A stretch of 32,000 nt of DNA from Acaryochloris marina S15 (lineage in GTDB: Bacteria > Cyanobacteriota > Cyanobacteriia > Thermosynechococcales > Thermosynechococcaceae), in assembly GCF_018336915.1 (NCBI RefSeq), contig NZ_CP064923.1:5820001-5852000 (forward strand), given 5' to 3'. Of the stretch, positions 1 to 8,342 are shown piece after piece. The notes below the pieces were generated by a model. That model did no database searches, had not been told where the DNA came from, and worked only from the letters and a program-made list of their open reading frames with translations. Each line of letters begins with the position of its first letter. Within the stretch, counting starts at the first letter, position 1. The position numbers were made by a program, and so were the translations under genes.

Positions 1-1116
1 CGAGATATTAAGCCGGAAAATATTATTTTGCGCAGCCAGGATGGCAAACCCGTCTTGATTGACTTTGGGGCGGTGAAAGAAACCCTCGGGACCGTGGTAA
101 ATGCCCAGGGGCAGCCGACAAGTTCGGTGGTAATTGGTACTCCTGGATTTATGTCTACGGAGCAATCCCGAGGATTTCCCACCTATGCGAGCGATCTCTA
201 TAGTTTGGGCCTAACCGCGATTTATTTGCTCACGGGTAAATTTCCCCATGAGCTGAATATCGATCCCCAGACCAGCCAGTTACGCTGGCATCAATCGGTG
301 CTGAACGTGTCACCGGGGCTTGCCACAGTTCTTGATCGCTCCATCAACTTGGCTGCCCGTGATCGTTACGCCTCAGCGCCTGACTTTTTACAAGCACTGC
401 GAGATAGCAGTATGAAGACGGTGGCTGATGCGGCCGTTCCGCCTCCTCCACCCGCGCCCGTCTATTCCACACCTCAACCTACTCCTCCGCCGAATGTGCA
501 GCCGACGGATATCGCAGCTCCAACCCAGTCTCTTCTAGAGCCATCGCCCGGATTTACCCCGAAAAAAGTAGGGATACTGAGTGCGATCGCACTCGCGTCT
601 GCTGTGGTCAGCTTTGTGGCAGTTCAACAGCTATGGCCTGTGATGGCTGGCCTTTTGGCGGGTCGTACTGAGGATCCTGATCCCACCGAGATTAGCCCTG
701 GCGTATCGCCCAGTGAAACGCCGGACGTCACACCCAGCCCGACGCCAGACATTACACCCAGTCCGACGCCAGAAGCTTCTCCACCTGTTGAGTCGCAATT
801 TGCTGCCATCGCCTATTCCATCCCCACAGGTATCTATGGATATGGGTTGCGTTATCCGTCACAAGCTGAAGCTGAAAAACGGGCCTTACAAGAATGTAAT
901 CAGCGTGCCCCTGCCAAAGATTGCCAAGCCTTGTTTTGGTTTAAAAATGCCTGTGGGAGCGTAGTTCGCGCCACATCTGGGGCCTATGGTTGGGCGTGGA
1001 GCGAAGACATTCAGGTGGCTGAGCAAGAAGCTCGCAAGCAGTGTTCTAGCTTTGGCGGTACCGACTGCAAAATTCTGCTGAACCTTTGCAGCGATCGCGT
1101 TATCCAGTCTAGCTAA
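1..1116 (+). CDS. Ser/Thr protein kinase, 5'-truncated by the window edge, with TM helix and C-terminal DUF4189-like Cys-rich domain
   Basis: The frame is open from nt 1. It reads RDIKPENIIL (catalytic-loop remnant), then LIDFGAVK (DFG) and GTPGFMSTEQ / SDLYSLG (subdomains VIII-IX). These are followed by a Pro-rich linker (PPPPPAP), a hydrophobic helix (GILSAIALASAVVSFVAV) and a PT/PS-rich spacer. The last ~100 aa (AIAYS...GYGWAWS) carry six Cys, like DUF4189. Confidence 0.85.
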   Translation, partial: RDIKPENIILRSQDGKPVLIDFGAVKETLGTVVNAQGQPTSSVVIGTPGFMSTEQSRGFPTYASDLYSLGLTAIYLLTGKFPHELNIDPQTSQLRWHQSVLNVSPGLATVLDRSINLAARDRYASAPDFLQALRDSSMKTVADAAVPPPPPAPVYSTPQPTPPPNVQPTDIAAPTQSLLEPSPGFTPKKVGILSAIALASAVVSFVAVQQLWPVMAGLLAGRTEDPDPTEISPGVSPSETPDVTPSPTPDITPSPTPEASPPVESQFAAIAYSIPTGIYGYGLRYPSQAEAEKRALQECNQRAPAKDCQALFWFKNACGSVVRATSGAYGWAWSEDIQVAEQEARKQCSSFGGTDCKILLNLCSDRVIQSS

Positions 1117-1640
1117 GGGGTCGTTTTTTCTAGATATCGGCGAACCCCTATCCCCATTTGGGTGAGATTAGGGCCAATCTTCTGACTCAGCAACTCTTCC
1201 ACAAACCCCGCTACTTGACTCCGTAAAAAGTCGGGAATGCCATCAATTTTCTGGGGGTAGATGATTAGCTCTCCCCTGTTTTCGACAATGGTGGTGTCTC
1301 CCTGCTCTCGAAACAGATTTTTGCCGGAACAAGACACCGCCTCGGTGAAAGCATGGGTGGTAATCCGCCACTCCAATGAAAAATCTGCTTCATTCCAAAT
1401 ATTATGTTCGGTCCAAGACAGCATTTGCTCGTCGATAAACGCCTTAGCAATGGTGGGAATATCACCGCCCCCATGCCACTCATTAGTACAAATCACCCGT
1501 TGATCTTCCTGGCGATAGGTCTTGGGCTCAATATGATGCACATTGTCCATATAGGGCAAGAGTTCTTGTAGCTTGTCCCGGTAAGTTGCAAATACAAGGG
1601 ATCTGGGGAATGGGATTTGGGCATCTACAGAGATGTTCAT
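1113..1640 (-). CDS. SRPBCC-superfamily (polyketide cyclase/START-like) protein, function unknown
   Basis: 175-aa ORF from ATG 1640; a GTG at 1664 is also possible. Length and alternating beta/helix pattern with a C-terminal long helix are typical of SRPBCC folds. It overlaps the kinase stop by 4 nt in convergent orientation. Confidence 0.5.
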   Translation of the reverse strand: MNISVDAQIPFPRSLVFATYRDKLQELLPYMDNVHHIEPKTYRQEDQRVICTNEWHGGGDIPTIAKAFIDEQMLSWTEHNIWNEADFSLEWRITTHAFTEAVSCSGKNLFREQGDTTIVENRGELIIYPQKIDGIPDFLRSQVAGFVEELLSQKIGPNLTQMGIGVRRYLEKTTP

Positions 1641-2107
1641 ATTGAGCTGACCGGTAACAAACACATATAAGCAACCGAAGGGGAGTAGGTGGATGATGGA
1701 TTTACAAGCTTCTATGTAGATATCGCATTTATATGGCTTCTGCGTTTAGATGTAGCAAAAATCAATGAAATTAAAGTGTTTGTTGAATAGTTTTTTTATC
1801 GGTTTACATCATTTTAGTGTAGGGTGTCGGCAACCTCTAAACCCTTGATTGGCAAGCTTTATCTCTAACCACCTGCCTTATAACCTGGCGTGATCTCCCC
1901 TGACGCTGGCTGCATCTTACCTTGAATGCTCAAATCGAAATTTTTAAGGCTGCAAGAGGGTGAGACAATTGTAAGCAAATAGGGCGATTAATGCTCTAGC
2001 CAAAGTATTTTTTAGATTCGTTAGCGTTTTAACTCGCTTCTCATCAAAAATATCCCTAAAACAATTTAGGGAGTCTCAGTTTGTGCGTTGAAGCAAAGGT
2101 GCACCCT

Positions 2108-3076
2108 ATGACACCCAAACTATTGCAGATCAAGCAGCCTTGGAGATTCTCAGCAGAACTGTTCCCGTTGTTAGCCATGCTAGGGGCGATTGTGGCCTTA
2201 TCCTTGGCCGCTATTTTTATCAAATTAAGCGAACGAGAACTGGGACCCTTCGCGACCATCTTTAATCGCTTTTGGGTGGCCTATATTGTCCTTTGGGTTT
2301 GGCATGAATGGGAGAGTCTCCGAGGACCTACAGACGCCATAGAAGAGATCGAATATACCCGACGGGATCAAGGATTACTCGTCGCTGCTGCCCTGATGTT
2401 TTGGGGGTGCATTGCCTTGTGGGCTTGGTCTCTGACTCGTACAGAAGTGGCCAACTCAACGCTGCTGCATAATCTCACCCCTTTATTCACCACCCTGGGC
2501 GGATGGTTACTGTTACAGCAGCGGTTCGATCGCCGCTTTGTTTTAGGGCTAGTGGTGGCTATGACAGGGGCTGTTGCTTTGGGAGTGGGCGATCTCCAGG
2601 TTTCCACCTCCCATTTAACAGGCGATCTGGCCTCCCTCTTATCAGCAGTCTTTTCTGCCGCCAATTTGATGATTATTGAGCGACTGAGGACTAAGTTTTC
2701 GGTCAATACCATCCTCCAATGGTGCTGTCTGTGGGGGTCAATCTGGACCTTACCAGTGGTGTTACTCACCGAAGACCGCTTATTTCCGATCTCAGCTTCG
2801 GGTTGGCTATCAGTGATTGGTCTCGCCATTGTTTGCCAAGTGTTAGGTCAAGGACTACAAGCCTTTAGTTTGAAGCGGCTGTCATCAGGACTTGTTGGCA
2901 TCTTGCTGCTCCTTGATCCAGTCTTAGCAGCCCTGACGGCTTGGGTGCTGTTTGCAGAGAGCTTGACGCTATTTAAATGGACAGCCTTTTTCGTTGTCTT
3001 ATTGGGGGTCTACTTGGCTCAGTCGAGTGACGTGGGGACACAGCCTGCTGAGGCTGAACGACTGACTGAGGTTTAG
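2108..3076 (+). CDS. EamA/DMT-family (drug/metabolite transporter) permease
   Basis: About 10 hydrophobic helices arranged as two EamA-like halves. ATG 2108 is preferred over TTG 2081. Confidence 0.75.
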   Translation: MTPKLLQIKQPWRFSAELFPLLAMLGAIVALSLAAIFIKLSERELGPFATIFNRFWVAYIVLWVWHEWESLRGPTDAIEEIEYTRRDQGLLVAAALMFWGCIALWAWSLTRTEVANSTLLHNLTPLFTTLGGWLLLQQRFDRRFVLGLVVAMTGAVALGVGDLQVSTSHLTGDLASLLSAVFSAANLMIIERLRTKFSVNTILQWCCLWGSIWTLPVVLLTEDRLFPISASGWLSVIGLAIVCQVLGQGLQAFSLKRLSSGLVGILLLLDPVLAALTAWVLFAESLTLFKWTAFFVVLLGVYLAQSSDVGTQPAEAERLTEV

Positions 3077-3446
3077 ATACCGCATTGGGAACCGCATTGC
3101 GACAGAATCGTTGCTCCAAGAATTTGATCAAACTGGGAATCAGGTATGTGTAAAAGCAAATTTACATATGCCGTTACAAACATCTCAATATAAAGCTACT
3201 TGGGGATGGATAGCAGAAGGATGGATTTCTGATGGAGACGGTGAGGCTTGAGATCTGAAGTTTAGATTGAAACTCATACTTTCCTTAGAGAAAGGATTTG
3301 AGCACACTTATGTCTGATTTCGTAGCTATCGATACATAGAGAATATAAATGATCAACATTGTCAAATAAACATTGTTATTTCTTTGTATTGTCGTTACAA
3401 TCGTATCCATCAGGCAAAACGCCTAGCAATTACGGAGTCACATGTC

Positions 3447-3599
3447 ATGAGCACACAGAATGAAACTTTTGGATTCACCAGCTTTGCAGAGACCTTAAGT
3501 GGTCGTCTTGCAATGGTTGGTTTTTCCTTGGCCGTGGTCACTGAAGTCCTAACTGGACAAGGGATTGTAGGTCAAATTGCAGCTTTGATGAGCTTCTAG
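3447..3599 (+). CDS. hli: High-light-inducible protein (Hlip/Scp, single-helix CAB-like)
   Basis: 50 aa from ATG 3447. FGFTSFAETLSGRLAMVGF matches the Hlip chlorophyll-binding ExxNGRxAMxGF-type motif. The TTG 3384 extension in the ORF track is unnecessary. Confidence 0.9.
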   Translation: MSTQNETFGFTSFAETLSGRLAMVGFSLAVVTEVLTGQGIVGQIAALMSF

Positions 3600-3650
3600 T
3601 CTGAGGCTGCTGACTAAGCCCCATAGTTTGAGTAGAATAGTTCGCGCTTT

Positions 3651-3679
3651 AAGACCCCAGCATTGCTGGGGTCTTTTTT
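3651..3679 (+). terminator. Rho-independent terminator downstream of hli
   Basis: Perfect 10-bp stem AAGACCCCAG / CTGGGGTCTT with a 5-nt loop (CATTG), running into a T6 tract. Confidence 0.8.
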
Positions 3680-3706
3680 AGGATCATTCAAGTAGATGCC
3701 TGTTCA

Positions 3707-5989
3707 TTAGACAAAGGCAAATCCTTGACTAAAGTCACTGAGAGTAACATCGGCAACCACTGCAACCAACTCATCTGTTGATTGCTTATGCCAGATTTCT
3801 GTGGAGACTTCATCTTGAGCCATTCCCAGCACATAATCTGTGGCACTCCCTTGCAATTGGATTACATCATCACTGAGGGCAAAATCGAGGATATTGGCAT
3901 AGTCCGCCATACCGCTGGTGTTGACATCGCCATCGTCATAGAACAAACTGCTGGCATCTCCCAAGATGAATTGATCCAGACCGAGACCACCCATCATGGT
4001 GTCTAGACCTTCACTGCCCCAGAGCGTATCGTCCCCGATGCCACCATCTAGGTGATTGTCCCCCGTTCCACCGGTCAAGATGTCATCTCCTGCTTCTCCG
4101 GCCAGGTCGCCTAAATCCTTACTCAAAATATCATCGGCTACTCCACCATGGAGAATGCCAGAGGCATCTTGGTAGACCCGCACATAGTCAATATTGAGAG
4201 CACTTTGGTCGGGGGTGTTGGCAGTGGGTTGCCCAGGCCAATCTCCACCAATCGCCAGATTGGATATCAGGTACATGGGCACATCGGGAATATCATGGGT
4301 GATTTCATACAGGGCTTGCCCATCTACAAACCAGGTGATCTTATCGGCATCCCACTGGGCACCAAAGGTGTGAAAGTCAGCACTGAAGTCAATATTGCTA
4401 AATACCTGCTCCCCACTTTCCGAGGAAATATTGGACTGACCATCGACGTAGTGCAGGGAGGTGAAGATGCGATCCGTTTGGTCACCGAGGACTTCCATCA
4501 CATCAATTTCAGGAGGCCAGCCGCCATCGGTGGGCAGCATCCAAAAGGCGGGCCATAAAGCTTCACCACTAGGAACTTGAGCTCGAATCTCCATATAGCC
4601 GTGGGTAAAGGCTTGCTTATTGTGGCTGGAGATCATCCCGGAGGTGTAGTCGAAGGTTTGAGTATTGGCGTAACCGGCGAGGGGGTCGATGATATCAGCG
4701 GCAATGCCTTGGTCCAGTTTTTGGCCGAGGAGTTTGAGCGTACCGTTCTCGATGTCCATACCGTCATAGGTGACGCCATCAATGACTTCGTTGTCCCCTA
4801 CATAGTATTGGGCTTCGTTGTTCCAGAGGTTGGTCCGACCATTGTAGTGATTATGGTGGGTATAGCGAGTATTCCAGAAAGAATCATCTAAGGATGTACC
4901 ATCAAACTCATCTTGAAAGACCAGTTCCCAATTGGAATCATTAGCCGGATGCCAGTCAGTGGCATTAGGGTTATCGGTATAGTCAAAGTAGTTGGCAGAG
5001 AGTACGAGGCTGTCGGCTTTGACGTTTTCGACGACGGCGATCAGTTCATCGGTGTTATCCCAGGTGCCGTTGCTATTGGTGTCTAGATAGATGCCGGCAT
5101 TGTCGCCAGAAAATTGAGATTGCAGGCTGGTGGGAATATCGGAGACTACATAGTCACTGGCACTGCCATGGAGTTGAATGCTGTCTTGAAGACGATTGAG
5201 GTCTTGAATAACGGCATAATCGCTGTCGCCAGCTGTGGTGGCATTCCCATCATCGTAATAGGCCGAGATGGAATCTCCGAGGACAAAGGTGTCGGCTCCT
5301 TCACCGCCTAATAAGGTATCGATGGTGTTGACGCCTGTGTGGCTGTTGTTGGATGATCGCACACCGTCGAGCACATCATCTTGAGCACCTCCATTCAGGG
5401 AGTCGTTGCCTTTGCCGCCCCAAAGTTCGTCGTTGCTAATGCCACCATCGAGGGTGTCATTGCCATTGCCCCCTTCTAGTTTGTCTTCGCCTGTGTATCC
5501 ATAGAGAATATCTTTACCGCCATTACCGTAGAGGACATCATCCCCTGCACCGCCATCCAGAAGGTCGGCTCCCCCTCGGCCATAGAGGGTATCGTTATCG
5601 TTTTCACCATAGAGAGAGTCTTTGCCTGCGCCGCCATCTAAGAAATCGATGCCTTCGAACCCGTAGATGGTGTCATTGCCGTCATTGCCATAGAGGAAAT
5701 CGTCACTGACGTCTCCAAAGATGAGGTCATTGCCGCCTCGGCCGCTGATGGTATCGTCTCCAGCACCGCCATTTAGGGTATCATCGCCATCGCCACCATC
5801 CAGGGAATCGTCCCCTAAGCTGCCGTATATCTCATCATTACCTTCGTCACCAAAGAGGGTATCGTTGCCGTTATAACCGTAGAGTTTATCGTTACCTTTT
5901 TTGCCGTAAACAATATAGTCGACTAGATCTTCCCAGCCACCCCAAATATCATCTCCATCACTCAAAAAAAACGATTTTATAGTTCTCAT
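3707..5989 (-). CDS. RTX (hemolysin-type Ca2+-binding repeat) protein with central glycoside hydrolase family 16 (beta-glucanase/laminarinase-like) domain
   Basis: Roughly 20 tandem GGxGxDxLx nonapeptides lie at aa ~30-210. The GH16 block spans aa ~355-610, with WPAFWMLP and the catalytic E-I-D-V-M-E motif (nt 4493-4510). A second short RTX block lies at aa ~615-675. No N-terminal signal peptide is apparent. ATG 5989 is preferred over TTG 5995. Confidence 0.85.
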   Translation of the reverse strand: MRTIKSFFLSDGDDIWGGWEDLVDYIVYGKKGNDKLYGYNGNDTLFGDEGNDEIYGSLGDDSLDGGDGDDTLNGGAGDDTISGRGGNDLIFGDVSDDFLYGNDGNDTIYGFEGIDFLDGGAGKDSLYGENDNDTLYGRGGADLLDGGAGDDVLYGNGGKDILYGYTGEDKLEGGNGNDTLDGGISNDELWGGKGNDSLNGGAQDDVLDGVRSSNNSHTGVNTIDTLLGGEGADTFVLGDSISAYYDDGNATTAGDSDYAVIQDLNRLQDSIQLHGSASDYVVSDIPTSLQSQFSGDNAGIYLDTNSNGTWDNTDELIAVVENVKADSLVLSANYFDYTDNPNATDWHPANDSNWELVFQDEFDGTSLDDSFWNTRYTHHNHYNGRTNLWNNEAQYYVGDNEVIDGVTYDGMDIENGTLKLLGQKLDQGIAADIIDPLAGYANTQTFDYTSGMISSHNKQAFTHGYMEIRAQVPSGEALWPAFWMLPTDGGWPPEIDVMEVLGDQTDRIFTSLHYVDGQSNISSESGEQVFSNIDFSADFHTFGAQWDADKITWFVDGQALYEITHDIPDVPMYLISNLAIGGDWPGQPTANTPDQSALNIDYVRVYQDASGILHGGVADDILSKDLGDLAGEAGDDILTGGTGDNHLDGGIGDDTLWGSEGLDTMMGGLGLDQFILGDASSLFYDDGDVNTSGMADYANILDFALSDDVIQLQGSATDYVLGMAQDEVSTEIWHKQSTDELVAVVADVTLSDFSQGFAFV

Positions 5990-6126
5990 TAACAAATACC
6001 TTTTGTGTGTTCTATGTGTCTTGAAAGATGTACTTTTGTGTCTTATTTTCCTAGCTTATTCTCTCTACTTAGCTGCAATGTCAAGAGATTGATCGATTAG
6101 TATTTCTTATGTTTTTAATAGAAATA

Positions 6127-6150
6127 AGTTGCATAAAATTTTATGCAACT
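6127..6150. repeat. Perfect 24-bp palindrome AGTTGCATAAAATTTTATGCAACT (candidate operator or AT-rich terminator)
   Basis: The two 12-nt halves are exact reverse complements. It lies 138-161 nt upstream of the RTX-GH16 ATG and 75-98 nt downstream of the STAS gene stop. Confidence 0.6.
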
Positions 6151-6224
6151 CATTGATTCTGAAGCTTAAATTTTTGGATCTATAAAATTAGAAAATAGAT
6201 TAAGTTCAGATTGAATCTATTAGT

Positions 6225-6638
6225 TTAAAATGAAGCTAATGGAGAATAGCCAGTAATAGAATGACGGCACTCCAGTTGAGTTGATAAATGGATGTAACCT
6301 AGTCCAACTGTGAAGTTGTAGGCTGTTTGAAAGAGTTCTGCAAGCACTTGTGCGCCATAGCTATCGATCAAGCGAGTGTTCTTAAAATCTAGAACAATAT
6401 ACTTATTGGAAGTGATCGCTTCACAAATAACTTGAAACAAATTTTCCATGTATTGTTGTTGGCTTTGTGTCACATACTCAGGCATCACTAATATGTAAGG
6501 CTGATAGCTTTGACGAGCAACAGAACTAGTTTTAATAGAAGTGGAAACATGTTCTTTGAGTAATGTGGCGTAAGACATGGCTAATCGGTCCAGTGAATCG
6601 TATTTGGCGCTCAGTAAAAAATACTTACTGTAGGCCAA
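6225..6638 (-). CDS. STAS-domain protein (anti-sigma-factor-antagonist-like)
   Basis: KYIVLDFKNTRLIDSYGAQVLAELF matches the STAS core (vvlDlsxvxfiDSsGlxxL), including the DSxG position. The gene is clearly more AT-rich than its neighbours. The start is uncertain: TTG 6638 or ATG 6578. Confidence 0.55.
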   Translation of the reverse strand: MAYSKYFLLSAKYDSLDRLAMSYATLLKEHVSTSIKTSSVARQSYQPYILVMPEYVTQSQQQYMENLFQVICEAITSNKYIVLDFKNTRLIDSYGAQVLAELFQTAYNFTVGLGYIHLSTQLECRHSITGYSPLASF

Positions 6639-6658
6639 CTCATCTACTATGGCAGTCC

Positions 6659-6674
6659 CATGTTTGCAAACATG
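6659..6674. repeat. Perfect 16-bp palindrome CATGTTTGCAAACATG upstream of the STAS gene
   Basis: Exact self-complementarity. It lies 21-36 nt upstream of TTG 6638 on the minus strand. No U-tract follows it in either direction. Confidence 0.6.
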
Positions 6675-6763
6675 TTTTCGTCAGATAAAAATAGGTATAA
6701 CTTTCGTATAACAATTGCTAAGAGGCAAAAAAACGGGTGTTTATCGCTTCAACCGCAATCGGT

Positions 6764-8032
6764 TTAGGTTGTGATTGATAAAATATGCTGTTGGTAGAGT
6801 TGACTTAACTGTTGTGCTACACCTTGCCAGCTAAAGGTCGTTTCTACGCGTTTGCGGGCGTCTAGTCCCCATTGTTTACTCAGGGCTGGATCTGCCAAAA
6901 TTTGGTCAATGGCTTGGGCAAATCCAGCATTATCTTTGGCGGGGACTAGTAAGCCGGTTTCATTAGGTAGAACGGTGAACTGGAGCCCGCCTACATCACT
7001 GGCAATGACAGGTGTTCGACTCGCCATTGATTCAATGGCTACTAGGCCAAAGGGTTCATAGTGACTCGGCACTACACTGACATCGGCTGCAGCATAGTAG
7101 TAGGGCAATTCGTCATTGCTAATTCGCCCAGGGAATTGTGTATGGTTTGCCAGATCGAGGTCCTGAGCGATACCCTCGATGCGATCGCGTTCTAAACCAT
7201 CTTTTTCTCCGGGTCGACTCCCGCCCCCAATAATCAGGTGTAAGGTGTCATTCTCTCTAAATTGGGATTGCGCCACGGCTCGGACGAGGGTTTCAATGCC
7301 TTTGCGGGGGTCAAAACGACCAATGTAGAACACGACTTTCGCATCTGGAGGAATACCCAACTTCTGGCGCGCTTCTGCTCGCGTCATCGCTCCATAGCGA
7401 TCAATGTCGGTGCCGCAGGGAATAACCTGGATATTGCCCAGGGATGAAAGATGCGATCGCATATGCGCTTTTTCCTGGGGACTGGTAGCCACAATACAGT
7501 CCGCTGCTTCTAAGCACTTCTTTTCAATGTCGAGCCGAGTTGTCGCGATGGCAGGAATATTGGGAACATTGGCATACTTGATGGCTCCCAAGGAATGGTA
7601 AGTATGCATTTGGGCTAGTGGTTGGTGCTTTTTCAGCTCCATACCGACCCAGCTAGAAAGCCAATAATTGGTGTGTACCAAAGGATATTGAATGGCTTCT
7701 TGCCGTTGGAATCCTAAAACCTCATCAACAAATTGGGGTAAATAGCCAAAGATGTCATCTCGACTGACAAATTCCGTAGGACCTGCAGTTAGGCGAATGG
7801 TGCGACAACCGGAACAATGTTGGACCTGCTCAGCTTGTTGGGCATGTGCTTTCCGGGTGAACATATCCACCTGCCAGCCTAAGTGGGCTAGCGCTTCACC
7901 CACTTGGCGGACATAAACGTTTTGGCCTCCTGCTTCTTCAGCACCGATCTCAACTGCAGGATCACCATGGACAGAAATCAGTGCAACTCTAGTTGACTGT
8001 CCATGGGTTGAAGTTGGATGGGGTGAACTCAT
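6764..8032 (-). CDS. GT4-family retaining glycosyltransferase (MshA / sucrose-phosphate-synthase-like GT-B)
   Basis: ISVHGDPAVEIGAEEAGGQNVYVRQVGEALA, HTNYWLSS and the C-terminal VVPSHYEPFGLVAIESMASRTPVIASDVGG (E-x7-E region) are typical GT4 motifs. ATG 8032 gives 422 aa and is preferred over the 454-aa track ORF, whose N-terminus is low-complexity. Confidence 0.75.
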   Translation of the reverse strand: MSSPHPTSTHGQSTRVALISVHGDPAVEIGAEEAGGQNVYVRQVGEALAHLGWQVDMFTRKAHAQQAEQVQHCSGCRTIRLTAGPTEFVSRDDIFGYLPQFVDEVLGFQRQEAIQYPLVHTNYWLSSWVGMELKKHQPLAQMHTYHSLGAIKYANVPNIPAIATTRLDIEKKCLEAADCIVATSPQEKAHMRSHLSSLGNIQVIPCGTDIDRYGAMTRAEARQKLGIPPDAKVVFYIGRFDPRKGIETLVRAVAQSQFRENDTLHLIIGGGSRPGEKDGLERDRIEGIAQDLDLANHTQFPGRISNDELPYYYAAADVSVVPSHYEPFGLVAIESMASRTPVIASDVGGLQFTVLPNETGLLVPAKDNAGFAQAIDQILADPALSKQWGLDARKRVETTFSWQGVAQQLSQLYQQHILSITT

Positions 8033-8342
8033 GGCCCTGTGCAGAACTAAGTAACACTTAGCAAGAACATTTCCAAAATTTGCAAAAAAAATCAACAAAT
8101 TTTCATACAAAGCATAGCCTACAACCATCCCTTCACCGATGAATTGCTGCGTTTCTCAACAATCTGCAAGGGAGTGATGCCTTATTCAGAAATGATCCCC
8201 AGTATGCTCCCTATTCATAAGCTGGAGTTTTAGTTTCCATTAGGCATCAAAAACTGAGATGTTCTGCAGACGTTTTAGTATAGACTTAATACAATGCACT
8301 ATTTAATTAGCATTGATTAAAATCAACTATAAATTCTGAGCT

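Noticed and set aside
624-964. Track ORFs 624..809 (-) and 713..964 (+) inside the kinase gene
   Set aside because: They are alternative-frame or antisense shadows of the Pro/Thr/Ser-rich linker. They have low-complexity composition and no independent signal.
2368-2829. 153-aa ORF antisense to the EamA transporter
   Set aside because: It is fully nested antisense to a well-supported membrane-protein gene. Its Arg/Ser/Pro-rich composition is typical of shadow ORFs.
3079-3102. 12-bp tandem duplication ACCGCATTGGGA/ACCGCATTGCGA right after the EamA stop
   Set aside because: There are only two copies and no hairpin or known binding motif. It is most likely a trivial slippage duplication.
3384-3446. 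TTG-initiated 21-codon N-terminal extension of hli
   Set aside because: Hlips are ~50 aa or less and the conserved sequence begins at ATG 3447. The extension overlaps the likely promoter (-10 TACAAT at 3396-3401).
3782-5311. Several 65-136-aa plus-strand ORFs within the RTX-GH16 gene
   Set aside because: They are antisense read-throughs produced by the repetitive GGxGxD codon usage. None has a recognisable motif.
8278-8292. NtcA-like GTA...TAC motif upstream of bicA
   Set aside because: The spacing is N9 (GTATAGACTTAATAC), not the required N8. It also overlaps a more plausible -10 hexamer.
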